Below are positions 18,762-27,913 of a stretch of 64,000 bases of DNA, piece after piece. The notes beneath the pieces were generated by a model. It was not told the DNA's origin, ran no database searches, and was given only the letters and a program-made list of their open reading frames with translations. Source of the DNA: a virus; the IMG/VR virus record IMGVR_UViG_3300005466_000024, positions 64,001 to 128,000 of that record; one strand, written 5' to 3'. The position numbers were made by a program, and so were the translations under genes. Within the stretch, counting starts at the first letter, position 1, and each line of letters opens with the position of its first letter.

Positions 18762-19657
18762 GCGGCCAGCTCCTTTCCCAGGTTGGTCAGATAGTTGGTG
18801 GCCGGCAGCGAGTCGTAGCGCCAGTGGGGGGCCTGGACCCCCTGACTGGCGAACAGGATCCCGTTGTAGATGGCCTGGAACAGCGGCCAGACATGGCTGA
18901 ACGGTTGCTCGAACAAGTCGATGGCCGCCTTGGCGAGCCCGTAGAGGCTCTTGCCGCTGAAATTCTGGATGAGGTTGTAGATGATCGTCTCGTCGTGCCC
19001 GACGACGGTCTGCCTATTCCACGGCTCATCGCCGACCGGGGCGGAGGTGTACAGGTCGCCGTCGTTGGCGAAATCGTAGACGGCGATCTGCCCGGCCAGC
19101 GGGTGCCCGGCGGGGAACAGGCACTCGCTGGGGCGTAGGCAATCGGGTCCGGCGATGCCGCCGGTGGTGTAACCGTCATCGAGGTCGGGCACTGGGTGTC
19201 CCCACAGCTCGGTGTTGCCGTAGGCGATGCCCGGGGCGCGTAATGGGTTGCCGTAGGTGATCACCCCGAGGCAGTCGTTGAGTCGCCCATGCAATTGCCC
19301 TGCGGGGGAAAGGATGTGGTCGCGCCACACCTTGCAGGCGACGATGGCGCCCTGCGAGTACCCATCGAGCACGAACTTCCACGGGTGCGGGTACACGAAC
19401 GGATCGATGTCACTGGGGGACAGCAGCCGCACCGTTTCGTGCACACCGGCCAGCACACTGGGCCCCATCGGCGCGACCGCCGCGGGATAGCCCACACCCT
19501 GCCAGTGCCAGTTCTTCCCGTTGGGTGCGCCCCAGCACTGACCGAGGGCGATCAGTGCTGGGTCGCTGAGCGCGGCACCGGCTTCCGCTGGGTACTGGCC
19601 GGGGATCCAGTCCCAGGCGGCGCCGGTGCCGGCGATCGTGAGCAGGACCACTGGCAT
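18758..19657 (-). CDS. lysB: Lysin B (cutinase-like mycolylarabinogalactan esterase)
   Basis: GYSQG nucleophile elbow, TYGNP and H-W-x-Y catalytic pattern; in lysis cassette. Confidence 0.85.
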   Translation of the reverse strand: MPVVLLTIAGTGAAWDWIPGQYPAEAGAALSDPALIALGQCWGAPNGKNWHWQGVGYPAAVAPMGPSVLAGVHETVRLLSPSDIDPFVYPHPWKFVLDGYSQGAIVACKVWRDHILSPAGQLHGRLNDCLGVITYGNPLRAPGIAYGNTELWGHPVPDLDDGYTTGGIAGPDCLRPSECLFPAGHPLAGQIAVYDFANDGDLYTSAPVGDEPWNRQTVVGHDETIIYNLIQNFSGKSLYGLAKAAIDLFEQPFSHVWPLFQAIYNGILFASQGVQAPHWRYDSLPATNYLTNLGKELAA

Positions 19658-19658
19658 G

Positions 19659-19997
19659 TCATGCCCCCGGCATGCCCTTGAGGTCGATCTTGGTGGCTTC
19701 GCACAGCTTGCGCAGCATGAAGTTGTTCTGCTCGGCGAGCAGGTGCTGACGGCTCACCTGGTCGCGCAGCCCCCACCGGTTGCTCTTCGGGTTGGGCTGC
19801 TGCTTGGTGTAGGTGGTCCAGTCCTGGAATCGCAGCAGGTCCCACACCGCCCGGTTGAGCCAGCCCCGGATGTCCCACGCCTGCCAGGCACCCTGTCCGT
19901 TGGGGCCGGGGAAGTCGTCGGCGGTCGCCCCGTCGTACAGTTTGATCTTGTCGCCGGGGTTGATGAACTGCAGGTTCACGTCATCGATGGCGGCCAA
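19659..19997 (-). CDS. Hypothetical protein
   Basis: 112 aa between lysA and lysB with tight spacing. Confidence 0.6.
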   Translation of the reverse strand: MAAIDDVNLQFINPGDKIKLYDGATADDFPGPNGQGAWQAWDIRGWLNRAVWDLLRFQDWTTYTKQQPNPKSNRWGLRDQVSRQHLLAEQNNFMLRKLCEATKIDLKGMPGA

Positions 19998-19998
19998 T

Positions 19999-20292
19999 TC
20001 AGTGCACCCAGCCCTTCACTTTCGCCAGGGCGTCGCGCAGCTTGCGCAGCGGCGCCTCGTATTGGTCGGGGATGAGCCAGCCGAACTTGAGGACCACGTC
20101 GAGCGCATCGATGACGGTGGTGAGCGCCTCGGCCACCATGCCCTTGGCGTCGCCCACGTCCACGCTCGTGGGCAGTCCGAGGAAGCTGCGGGGTGCCAGC
20201 GGGTTGTCCGCCGAGTGTTCGGACAACGCCCGATTCACCGCCTGGTTGACGGCGGTGGCGACATCGTCGGGTACGGATTCGGATTCGGTCAT
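19999..20292 (-). CDS. Hypothetical protein
   Basis: ATG 20292 with SD GAGGAG; 97 aa. Confidence 0.6.
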   Translation of the reverse strand: MTESESVPDDVATAVNQAVNRALSEHSADNPLAPRSFLGLPTSVDVGDAKGMVAEALTTVIDALDVVLKFGWLIPDQYEAPLRKLRDALAKVKGWVH

Positions 20293-20306
20293 GGTGGTAG
20301 CTCCTC

Positions 20307-21794
20307 TTACTTGCTGGGCTTGGTGAAGAACGCCATGGTCGATGGCGCGTTCGTCGGTGGAGCCGCATCGATGCCGGCGGTGGCGGTGCGTGGGGAGTTC
20401 GCCGCGGTGGACGGTTGCGGTTCCTCGGTGGGTGGGGTGTCCTCGGGCGGGGCGAAGCCGGGGAGGTTCAACGCCTTGCCGATCACTGCCAGTGCATCGA
20501 CGACGCTGCGGTTGCCCAGTTGCGGCCACCCGGCCCCGTAGCCGTCCATCTGTCGCGGGCCGGCGAGTTGCTCGTAGGTCAGTATCTGGTAGTCGGGCCG
20601 TCCTGGGTCGGGGTGGGGGGGCGGTTCCGGCGACGGAGGTACTGGAGTGGGTGGGGTGACGACGTGACCCCATTGCCCATAGTCTTCGCGGTGCGCCTCG
20701 TTGTAGTCGCACTGCACGCCCCCGACGTACTTGTAGCCCAGTTTGTTGCGCTGGACGATGTTGACGCGGCTGTCGACGTTGCCACCCGACCACGCCTGGG
20801 TCTGCCACAGGTAGTGGCAGACCCCGGCGTTCAGTGCCCGCATGCCCACCCAGTACGCACCGTAGAGGCCGACCTTGTCGGGGCCACCGAGCACGTCGCC
20901 ACAGGCCCGCAGGTAGTCGTTGACGACGGGCTGCTGGGACTCGGCCTCATCGAAGTCGCAGGAGAAGTAGATGACGCCGTCGGCGGGGCCGCCGCAGTGC
21001 ACCACCCAGTCGCGTGCCCGCTGGGCATCGGTGTGGCCCGCCTGGTAGCCACCGAGCATGAAGTCGGCGGTGGTCTCCCAGTTGGATACGATCTCGATGC
21101 CGTTGGCTTTCAGGTCGGCGGCCTCCTGGGGCAGGAGTTGCTTGCCGGGCAATGCGGGTCCGCCGTCGGACAGGTACCGGCAGACGAAGCGCACCCCCGC
21201 GGCTTTGAGGTCCTGTCCGGAGGGTCGGCCGCCGGCGTAGTCCAGCCCCAACGGGTAGCCCATGGGTTGTCGCCAGTTGCCGGCGTCCTCGGTGATCGGG
21301 CCATCGAGTACCCAGTGGTCGTTCCAGTAGTTGTCGGCCATGTCCATGGCGCCGTGCCCTCGGGTGCAGGTGCCGTGGCTGCCGTTGGACTCCATCAGCC
21401 AACCGTCGATCTCGCACTGCATGTGACTGTTGGGGCCGCCGCCGTAGTGCCCGATGTTGACCTTGATCGGGTAGGGGTTGTTCAGTAGATCCTGCTGGCT
21501 TACCCGCCGGAATCCCTTGAACGGGCCAGGGAACGTCTCGGTGGTGAACTGGCGTGCCCATGGCACCGCGAACCCGTCGGGGCCCAGCAGGGCGATGCCG
21601 ATGACGGTGCCGTTCGCGCCGGAACAGTCGGCGCCCACCCCGAAGTTGAACGCGTTGTACACCCCGCCGTACTCGTACTGTTCGCCGGGCCCGGCATCGA
21701 TGTCTCCGGACTGGGCCAGACCCTGCGCATCGGTGGTGAGCCGATCCAGGAACACGCGCTTCGCGAATTCCACACGCGACCTAAGCAGGGCCAT
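20307..21794 (-). CDS. lysA: Lysin A (endolysin): N-terminal peptidase-like domain, DUF1906/GH25-like muramidase, C-terminal binding domain
   Basis: GADCSG...HMQC N-terminal domain; LGLDYA...FVCRYLSD...VSNWE...VIYFSCDFD...WQTQAWS (Rv2525c-like); GWPQLGNRSVVDALA C-terminus. Confidence 0.9.
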   Translation of the reverse strand: MALLRSRVEFAKRVFLDRLTTDAQGLAQSGDIDAGPGEQYEYGGVYNAFNFGVGADCSGANGTVIGIALLGPDGFAVPWARQFTTETFPGPFKGFRRVSQQDLLNNPYPIKVNIGHYGGGPNSHMQCEIDGWLMESNGSHGTCTRGHGAMDMADNYWNDHWVLDGPITEDAGNWRQPMGYPLGLDYAGGRPSGQDLKAAGVRFVCRYLSDGGPALPGKQLLPQEAADLKANGIEIVSNWETTADFMLGGYQAGHTDAQRARDWVVHCGGPADGVIYFSCDFDEAESQQPVVNDYLRACGDVLGGPDKVGLYGAYWVGMRALNAGVCHYLWQTQAWSGGNVDSRVNIVQRNKLGYKYVGGVQCDYNEAHREDYGQWGHVVTPPTPVPPSPEPPPHPDPGRPDYQILTYEQLAGPRQMDGYGAGWPQLGNRSVVDALAVIGKALNLPGFAPPEDTPPTEEPQPSTAANSPRTATAGIDAAPPTNAPSTMAFFTKPSK

Positions 21795-21820
21795 GGAGTG
21801 CCTCCTCGCCCCTTCTGTCG

Positions 21821-22051
21821 CTAATCCGCGGTCAACGCGGACCGCGCCCCCTCCGCCGACAGGTGTTCACAGAAGTGGTCGAGCACTCGGCCGACCGGAT
21901 GATGGCTGAAGACATCGACGTTCTGGCCCCCGATGTCGACGACGCACAGGTACTCGTAGGACCCGTGGTCGTGGACCTTCCTCCGGTACAGGTCTGCCAG
22001 CATCGAGTAGACGAACCGGCCGATCTCCTCGCGTTCGGTGAGTGTGAGCAT
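21821..22051 (-). CDS. Hypothetical protein
   Basis: 76 aa; ATG with upstream AGGGGG. Confidence 0.5.
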   Translation of the reverse strand: MLTLTEREEIGRFVYSMLADLYRRKVHDHGSYEYLCVVDIGGQNVDVFSHHPVGRVLDHFCEHLSAEGARSALTAD

Positions 22052-22064
22052 GATGCGCCCCCTA

Positions 22065-22682
22065 CTAGTCGCTGAGGAAGAGCAGCTCTCCGGGCAGGTT
22101 GGTCGGCGGGGATGATGGCGCGGCCGCGACGCGGGGCCGCGACGCCCGGTGATCGAGGCCGGTGACCTGGTGGACGAACGCGGCGGTGAGTGCGCGGGAA
22201 CGCGCAACCGGCAGGGTGGAAGTGGCGACGTCGGCGTGGCGGCGGGCCCGTTCGGCCAGTTCGCTGCGGGCGGGCCGGTCATCCTGGTCGGCGAAGAACC
22301 GGGCCGCCTCCAGGGTCACCCAGCGCCGATCCCGATCCGACAGCTGTTCCCTACCGGCGGTTCGGGTGACGGGATCCTCCCGATGGGTGGCCCCATTCAG
22401 CAGGTCGTCGCGCAGACCGGCCAGCGCCTCCCGGTCGCGGGAGAGTTCGTTGATCGCCGCCAGGTGCTCGCCGCAGTCCCCGATGGGCAGGTCTGCCACC
22501 GCCGAGCGGGCGGCATTCAGTAGGCGATCACATTCCTTCAGGCGGGCGTCCACGCAGTGGACGCCGCCGTCGAACCAGCCGCTGCCGACGGGTTCGCGGG
22601 CCTCTCGCCACGAGGCGAGGCGCTGGGTGAACGTCGTCCTGACGGGTCGATTGGGGGCAGGATTGTCGGTGCGGAACAACAT
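22065..22682 (-). CDS. Conserved hypothetical protein (probable head-associated)
   Basis: 205 aa; SD GAGGAGG; preceded by the AAAAGGT motif; RxA motifs. Confidence 0.7.
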   Translation of the reverse strand: MLFRTDNPAPNRPVRTTFTQRLASWREAREPVGSGWFDGGVHCVDARLKECDRLLNAARSAVADLPIGDCGEHLAAINELSRDREALAGLRDDLLNGATHREDPVTRTAGREQLSDRDRRWVTLEAARFFADQDDRPARSELAERARRHADVATSTLPVARSRALTAAFVHQVTGLDHRASRPRVAAAPSSPPTNLPGELLFLSD

Positions 22683-22700
22683 GATGTCCTCCTCACCTTT

Positions 22701-22899
22701 TCAGGGCCAGATCGGTTCCTGCGGCTCGTAAACGACCGGCCAGGTGTGGATCTGGTCGATCATCCGTTCGTAGCGCGGCTCCTCGCCACTGACCGGCACG
22801 ACGAGCCATTCCGGTCCTCGCCAGCATCCACCGTCACGGCATTATGGCGACATCCCTGGTTTCGGGGTGCACGCGCACGGTGCCGACGTGGTCATTCAT
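22701..22899 (-). pseudogene. Small gene broken by a one-base insertion (or sequencing error)
   Basis: MNDHVGTVRVHPETRDVAI continues as CRDGGCWRGPEWLVV...PIWP* if one A of GCCATAATGCC (about 22842) is removed. Confidence 0.4.
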
Positions 22900-23227
22900 C
22901 CCTGTGCTTCCCATAGAACATCTCCACCGCCGCGTCGGCGGCCTGTCGTCTCGTCATGCTCGACGGATCCCCATCCCCATGGCCGTCCCGGCACGAACAC
23001 TGACCGTCTTGGTGGCCGACCGAGCCGATGACCTGGCGCAGCCAGCAGTTGCGGTGGTAGCACACGTTGTGGGGCACGACGGCGAAAGCGACCGAAAGGA
23101 CGACCCCGGAGTCGTTGTCGCCGATCGTCTCGTCGCACCAGCCACACAGCTGACCCACCGGGGTGTCGACGTGACTGTCCGGCGCGCAGACGGACGCGTC
23201 CCAGGCCTGTCCGAACCAGGTCACCAT
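22892..23227 (-). CDS. Hypothetical Cys/His-rich protein
   Basis: 111 aa; CxxC and HxxC motifs; coupled to neighbours. Confidence 0.6.
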   Translation of the reverse strand: MVTWFGQAWDASVCAPDSHVDTPVGQLCGWCDETIGDNDSGVVLSVAFAVVPHNVCYHRNCWLRQVIGSVGHQDGQCSCRDGHGDGDPSSMTRRQAADAAVEMFYGKHRDE

Positions 23228-23559
23228 CGTGGTCCGCCGCCGGGATACCCGATGTGGTTGTCGAGGATGAAATTCGCATTGGCCATCGGGCGCTGCTGCT
23301 CGACCACACCGGTACCGCCGCAGGCGTGGCAGTTACCCATCTGCACCAGACCACCCCGGCAGGGACAGCCGGTGGACCCGTTGCAGCATTCGACCTCCCA
23401 GGTACCCCGGCCACCACAAGCACGGCACGTTTCCGGCGCGGGCCGATCATGCTCCTCGAGCAGGTGCAGCAACGCCTGCCCACCGCCAGGGGTCATGTCA
23501 CCATTGGCCACGCAGTCCCGCGCGAACGCAGTCAGATGTGCTTTCAGCTCCGGATCCAT
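23221..23559 (-). CDS. Protein with DnaJ-type CxxCxGxG zinc finger
   Basis: CRACGGRG and CHACGGTG motifs; SD GAGAGG. Confidence 0.65.
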   Translation of the reverse strand: MDPELKAHLTAFARDCVANGDMTPGGGQALLHLLEEHDRPAPETCRACGGRGTWEVECCNGSTGCPCRGGLVQMGNCHACGGTGVVEQQRPMANANFILDNHIGYPGGGPRW

Positions 23560-23569
23560 GGGGAGCCTC

Positions 23570-23794
23570 TCATTCCGGTTCCCGGATCGCGGGGAATCCG
23601 AACTGGTCCTCTGCGCCAGTGCAGCCCGGGGAACCGCACCAGCAGATGTCGTGGTCGTATGCGGGATCGGACTCGTCGCATGGTCCCCGGCCATCGGCGG
23701 TGACCATGAATGGGTACAGATGCACGGGCAGACCACCGTCGTCGTAGAGATGGCCGTCATACCAGCGGCCCGGCCAACCCAGACGCTCAGACAT
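23570..23794 (-). CDS. Hypothetical protein
   Basis: 74 aa; start overlaps the upstream stop. Confidence 0.5.
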   Translation of the reverse strand: MSERLGWPGRWYDGHLYDDGGLPVHLYPFMVTADGRGPCDESDPAYDHDICWCGSPGCTGAEDQFGFPAIREPE

Positions 23795-23981
23795 CAGCTT
23801 GGTCCTGCACCAGCTCGGCCAGGTAGGCCAGCAGCGCCAGTGTGTGACTGAGTACCAGGGTGGCGTTGATGCCCTCGGGCCAGTGGTGGAACTGCTCGTC
23901 GCGCATCTGGATGAGGTCTTCGCGCAGCGCATTGATCCCGGCGGGTGTGTAATCGACACCTTCCACTTTCAGCGGCATCAC
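23787..23981 (-). CDS. Hypothetical protein
   Basis: 64 aa, helical; coupled to neighbours. Confidence 0.55.
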   Translation of the reverse strand: MMPLKVEGVDYTPAGINALREDLIQMRDEQFHHWPEGINATLVLSHTLALLAYLAELVQDQADV

Positions 23982-24160
23982 TGGCCCCCTTCCGTGTCGA
24001 GGTTGATGATCTTCATCCCCTCGAGGAACTCATCGAGGGTATCCGCCGGATTCCAGGTGAACACGCGACAATCGTCATTGCCGCAGAACGCCTGCTGGTA
24101 GAACACCAGTAGGGGCGGTTGATGGCACCCAGGACACGTAAGTCCCATCGGATCAATCAT
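23978..24160 (-). CDS. Small CxxC protein (start may be the leaderless ATG about 12 nt downstream)
   Basis: CPGC...CGNDDC; -10-like TATGAT upstream. Confidence 0.55.
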   Translation of the reverse strand: MIDPMGLTCPGCHQPPLLVFYQQAFCGNDDCRVFTWNPADTLDEFLEGMKIINLDTEGGQ

Positions 24161-24175
24161 ATAGCGATGATACAG
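24159..24175. promoter_or_regulatory. Palindromic operator copy 1 / -10 element
   Basis: ATATAGC-GAT-GATACAG. Confidence 0.5.
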
Positions 24176-24694
24176 CTAATATGGTCGGGCGGCGATCCGA
24201 TACGGCTGGAACGGGGTGTCGGCCCGCACGTAGAGCGGGTGTTTCGGTGAACCGTCGGCGTTCACTCCGAGGCAGATCGGATTGATGGGATCGGGCCAGT
24301 CGTGGGCCAGTGCCGCGAGCGCCTTGTGGGAACCCCACGCCACCAGCGTCATCGAACCGACGGGTCGGCTCAGGTAGTTGTCGTTCAACGGTCCGAATGG
24401 ATCGGGATCGGCCAGCAGTGCCGCAGGATTCGTTGCGCGCAGCGCGAATCGGTTCGTGACCCGGATGGATCCATACCCCCATCGCCGGGCGAATCCGGGC
24501 CGCTTTCCGGTGCCGACGAGGCGCCCGATTGTCGGGTCATCGACTAATCCGTCCGCTTTGGAGGGGTTGAGCATCTGCACTTCCAGGACGGGTAGCTGCG
24601 CATCCCAGGTGCGGATCAGCTCGTATCGGTACCGTCCACATTCGCTGATCACCGCAGATCGAACCATATCGTCCACGATGGGCGCGGGTCTCAC
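24176..24694 (-). CDS. DUF1643-family protein
   Basis: AVISECGRYRYEL.R.W...MLNPSKAD...DDPT...VTNRFALRATNP...VAWG...CLGVNADGSPKHPLY. Confidence 0.85.
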   Translation of the reverse strand: MRPAPIVDDMVRSAVISECGRYRYELIRTWDAQLPVLEVQMLNPSKADGLVDDPTIGRLVGTGKRPGFARRWGYGSIRVTNRFALRATNPAALLADPDPFGPLNDNYLSRPVGSMTLVAWGSHKALAALAHDWPDPINPICLGVNADGSPKHPLYVRADTPFQPYRIAARPY

Positions 24695-25011
24695 CCCTTG
24701 AGTTCCTTCAGCACGTCGTACCCCCTGCCATCCGGAGACCGGCGCACGAGTGCGTCGTATCCCAATCCCGACTCTTCATCGGGCATCACGAACGCATCGT
24801 ACGGCCCCGCCTCGGCCCGCGGCCGGATCGACACGGCTCCCGACGGGTCACCGCCCACCAGGTCTGGGACCGTCCTGGTGTTCTCGTGTGGCCCGTACCG
24901 TTCGCCGAACTCCGGATCACGGTTGCGGAAGTGCTCGCCCTCGTCCAGGGCGTTCTCCCCGGCCATCCGCTGCGGCCATTGTTCGGCCTGGGTCTCGATG
25001 CGGCGCGTCAC
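24691..25011 (-). CDS. Hypothetical protein with shared N-terminal leader (MTRRIETQAEQWPQRMA)
   Basis: GTG 25011 directly after AAAGGGT; 106 aa. Confidence 0.65.
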   Translation of the reverse strand: MTRRIETQAEQWPQRMAGENALDEGEHFRNRDPEFGERYGPHENTRTVPDLVGGDPSGAVSIRPRAEAGPYDAFVMPDEESGLGYDALVRRSPDGRGYDVLKELKG

Positions 25012-25022
25012 ACCCTTTCCCG

Positions 25023-25214
25023 TTAGGCATCGTCGGGTTCTCCAAGCCGCACAGCGCCATAGTTCCAGTTCTGCGAATCGGCGGCGACCGGTTCGGGTAG
25101 CCGCTTCCAGCGGTTCGGATTCTCCAACGCCAGCGCGATGGCCATGTCGGCGTTCGCCGCGTAGACCTCTTGGGTCAGTGCTGTCTTCGGGGTTGCGGTG
25201 ACCAGATATTTCAT
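25023..25214 (-). CDS. Hypothetical protein
   Basis: SD AGGAG, ATG 25214; 63 aa. Confidence 0.6.
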   Translation of the reverse strand: MKYLVTATPKTALTQEVYAANADMAIALALENPNRWKRLPEPVAADSQNWNYGAVRLGEPDDA

Positions 25215-25240
25215 CGTGTTGCTCCTGTGGTGTGTGCCGA

Positions 25241-25429
25241 TCACGTTCGGGCGTTCGGGCAGCCCGCAGCATGGAACCGATCACTACTGAGCGCATCGGC
25301 TCCACAGCAAGTCCATCGACCCGTTTCGGGATCCCACTGCGGCGCATCGAGAGAGGTCCCTGGCGGATGCGCGACCCATGGCGCCACCCGCGTTCCAGGC
25401 ATCGGCCAGTGCGCGTAGATCTTCATCAC
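25241..25429 (-). CDS. Hypothetical protein
   Basis: ATGA overlap with the upstream stop; an alternative frame is also open. Confidence 0.35.
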   Translation of the reverse strand: MMKIYAHWPMPGTRVAPWVAHPPGTSLDAPQWDPETGRWTCCGADALSSDRFHAAGCPNART

Positions 25430-25698
25430 GTCCCCCAGGACGCGCAGGCGTAGAAATATCCGGCCCAGAATTGGGCACTGCTTTTCTGCTCCGGGCTCAA
25501 TTGCGGCAGGGCATCGATGTCCTTCCGTGCCCGCTCCACGTCCCTGCGGTCCGCGGGGTCGAACCGAACCAGCTCCTCCTCGGTGTGCCGGTGGAACAGG
25601 ATGACCTCGTCCCCGATCTGCTGCATGAGCCACGTGCCATCGGGCGGTAGTTGTGCCATCAGCGGTAGTCCCCCGTCATGGTGGTGGTCATGACTCAC
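25426..25698 (-). CDS. Hypothetical protein
   Basis: 90 aa; coupled to neighbours. Confidence 0.6.
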   Translation of the reverse strand: MSHDHHHDGGLPLMAQLPPDGTWLMQQIGDEVILFHRHTEEELVRFDPADRRDVERARKDIDALPQLSPEQKSSAQFWAGYFYACASWGT

Positions 25699-26110
25699 CT
25701 TCCGCTTGCTCCATTGCGTACCGCTTGAGATCGGCTACGTTCTCCGCCCACTCGACGTTCGGCAGGTCGCTCCCGATTTCCTCGGGTTCGATCTTCACGT
25801 CACCATCGTCGCGATGACCGGTGTAGGACACCATGGGCCGGTCAACCCACTGCCTGCCGACCACCATCCGATCACAGGTCACCGGTCGATACCGTTTGTG
25901 CTGCGCCAACCGGTCCTTGTGGGCGGTCAGGCATTCGTCGCACACGTTGAGGACCAGTTCCTCACCATCGAGACTGTCCCAGAACGTCGACCCATACGCC
26001 CCATAGGTGCGAAATTCGGTGCCATCGGCGGGCTGGTTCTCCACAGCGGAGAACACATTGCTCAGCGTCGTGCCGCACACGAAGCAGGGTAGGAGGGCAT
26101 CTCGACTCAT
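25688..26110 (-). CDS. Hypothetical protein (CxxC...CxxC)
   Basis: CFVCG...VCDEC; coupled to neighbours. Confidence 0.65.
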   Translation of the reverse strand: MSRDALLPCFVCGTTLSNVFSAVENQPADGTEFRTYGAYGSTFWDSLDGEELVLNVCDECLTAHKDRLAQHKRYRPVTCDRMVVGRQWVDRPMVSYTGHRDDGDVKIEPEEIGSDLPNVEWAENVADLKRYAMEQAEGES

Positions 26111-26292
26111 GGTTGTTCCTCGGTCAGTGTCAGCATGCCGGGATCGGTGGCCTTGGCGTGGTGACCACCGGCATAGAGCACGAACACCCAGGGGCCGCGT
26201 ACCGCGGTGATCACCCCGGTTTCGGCGCTGCCGCCCGCCGGCCGGTAGACAACCGGCTTGTCCAGATTGTTTCGTGCCTGTTCGATCGTCAT
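26107..26292 (-). CDS. Hypothetical SH3-like small protein
   Basis: VVYRP...ETGVITAVRGPWVFVLY. Confidence 0.6.
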   Translation of the reverse strand: MTIEQARNNLDKPVVYRPAGGSAETGVITAVRGPWVFVLYAGGHHAKATDPGMLTLTEEQP

Positions 26293-26558
26293 GAGTGCAC
26301 CTCGTCGCAGTCGATCTGGCAGCTGTTCTTGGCCATCACCAGGGTGTGTCGGACGCCATCGCGCCACTCAATGCGCCTCGGTGGTGTCGACCCGATCTGG
26401 GGCCAACCCCTCGCGACGAAGTGCATCGACCAGGTGCCCTCCCAGCGATCGACGGTGTAGCGCCCGCCGCCGGGGGCGGCGGCGCTGTGACTGGTCCTGC
26501 CGACCTGACGCCACCGCAGGCGCTTCATCGTGCGCTGCGCTCCCTCATCGATGGTCAC
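26289..26558 (-). CDS. Hypothetical protein
   Basis: GTG 26558 inferred; fills the gap between coupled genes. Confidence 0.45.
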   Translation of the reverse strand: MTIDEGAQRTMKRLRWRQVGRTSHSAAAPGGGRYTVDRWEGTWSMHFVARGWPQIGSTPPRRIEWRDGVRHTLVMAKNSCQIDCDEVHS

Positions 26559-26958
26559 GATGGCCTTCTTCCGTGAGTGCCGCGACCTGGCGTTTGGCCT
26601 CGGCCACCACAGTCTCGGCTTTGCGCTGGTCCTCGGCGTAGGTGTCGACGCCCATGTGTCCGGTTTCCTGCAACCGGCGCAGCTGCAGCTCCTCGGTGAC
26701 CAGGTCGCGATAGGTGTCCCACCCATCGCAATGACCACCGAAACCCAGGTGTGCCAGTGGATCACCGCCATCGGCCAGCCAGCAGTCCCCGAACCGCGGG
26801 TCGATCTCCTGGTAGCAGGCACGGCAAGCGATGCAATCGGCGCACCCCTTGGCCGAGGCGGCACAGCATGTGGTGAGTGGGTTGATGACGGTCTCGCCAT
26901 TGGGGTAGGTCTCGAGGTGCAGCGCGACGGGTGCCTCGGCGTTGATGATGGTCATCAC
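26545..26958 (-). CDS. Hypothetical Cys-rich protein
   Basis: TTCCAASAKGC...ACRACYQE; C-terminal coiled coil. Confidence 0.6.
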   Translation of the reverse strand: MMTIINAEAPVALHLETYPNGETVINPLTTCCAASAKGCADCIACRACYQEIDPRFGDCWLADGGDPLAHLGFGGHCDGWDTYRDLVTEELQLRRLQETGHMGVDTYAEDQRKAETVVAEAKRQVAALTEEGHRDHR

Positions 26959-27542
26959 AGATCCCGGTCTATTTCGATGCCTGCCGGTGCCGTCTTGCGC
27001 GTGCGGTCGAGTGCCGCCAGCCGCGCCAGCTTGCGGTCCCTTTCTCGGGCCCGGAACGCTGTCTGGCCCTCGCTCTCGATCTGTGCGTGACCGTAGTAGT
27101 TCACGTCGTAGTAGTCGGTCAGCGAGTCGCTGCCGTCGTGGTTGTAGGCGGCGTGGATCTCTGCCAGTACCTTCTCGATGCGCCGACCCTCGGCGGTGAG
27201 CACCCGGTGGGTGTTGTCATGACTGCCGGGGTGCGTCTCGGTGTGGACGTAGTTGGGGCACGCCTGCGCTGTCCTGCTGCCGTCGGGGTAGGCGGTTTCG
27301 GTGCCGGGCACGGTGCCGTCGCACTCCTGCCACAGCCCCTGCAGGTCGCGGGCCTCGATGTTGATGGACCGGCCACCGGCATAGTTCTGCACCCGCACGC
27401 TGTAGTTGCCGGCGCGGCCGGGTAGTTTGCCCTCACCGATCGCGGTCTTGATGTCGCGGCGCATCAGTTTGGCGATGTCGGCCGCCGACACGTACGCGCC
27501 TCCCAGTTCCCCGTAGCGGCTTCCGTATGTGCGTGTGGTCAT
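26955..27542 (-). CDS. LPD29-like (large polyvalent protein-associated) domain protein
   Basis: AKLMRRDIK...YSVRVQNYAGGRSINI...AYNHDGSDSLTDYYDVNYY; SD AGGAG. Confidence 0.65.
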   Translation of the reverse strand: MTTRTYGSRYGELGGAYVSAADIAKLMRRDIKTAIGEGKLPGRAGNYSVRVQNYAGGRSINIEARDLQGLWQECDGTVPGTETAYPDGSRTAQACPNYVHTETHPGSHDNTHRVLTAEGRRIEKVLAEIHAAYNHDGSDSLTDYYDVNYYGHAQIESEGQTAFRARERDRKLARLAALDRTRKTAPAGIEIDRDL

Positions 27543-27580
27543 CTCGTACTCCTGCCCTGGTGGTCTCCACCCGTCCAACG

Positions 27581-27597
27581 CTATATCACCACTATAT
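27581..27597. promoter_or_regulatory. Palindromic operator copy 2 / -10 element
   Basis: CTATATC-ACC-ACTATAT upstream of 27542. Confidence 0.55.
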
Positions 27598-27673
27598 ATT
27601 CCTGGACGTAGTAGGTCCACTGTAGCGACCATGACCGACGGCCTCGTGGGGTCGAGGTTTCGCCCAGCCGGAC

Positions 27674-27913
27674 CTAGTACCGGAACCCGTCTGCGCGGCC
27701 CACGGACGCCCACAGTTCGGCCAGCTCGTTCTCCTGGGACGGCAGCAGTCCCAGTGCACCCATCAGATCCCGGGCGTCGGCAACCCGCTCGGCGTGGGTG
27801 TCCCCGACCGCGTAGGCGCAGACCAGGCGCCGCACACTGGCCCGCTGCAGATCCGTCAACGGGGTCGGCACGAAGTCATCGACCTCGGCGATCTGGTTGC
27901 GCGAATCACGCAT
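27674..27913 (-). CDS. Conserved hypothetical protein downstream of terminase
   Basis: 79 aa; TGATG coupling with terminase. Confidence 0.6.
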   Translation of the reverse strand: MRDSRNQIAEVDDFVPTPLTDLQRASVRRLVCAYAVGDTHAERVADARDLMGALGLLPSQENELAELWASVGRADGFRY

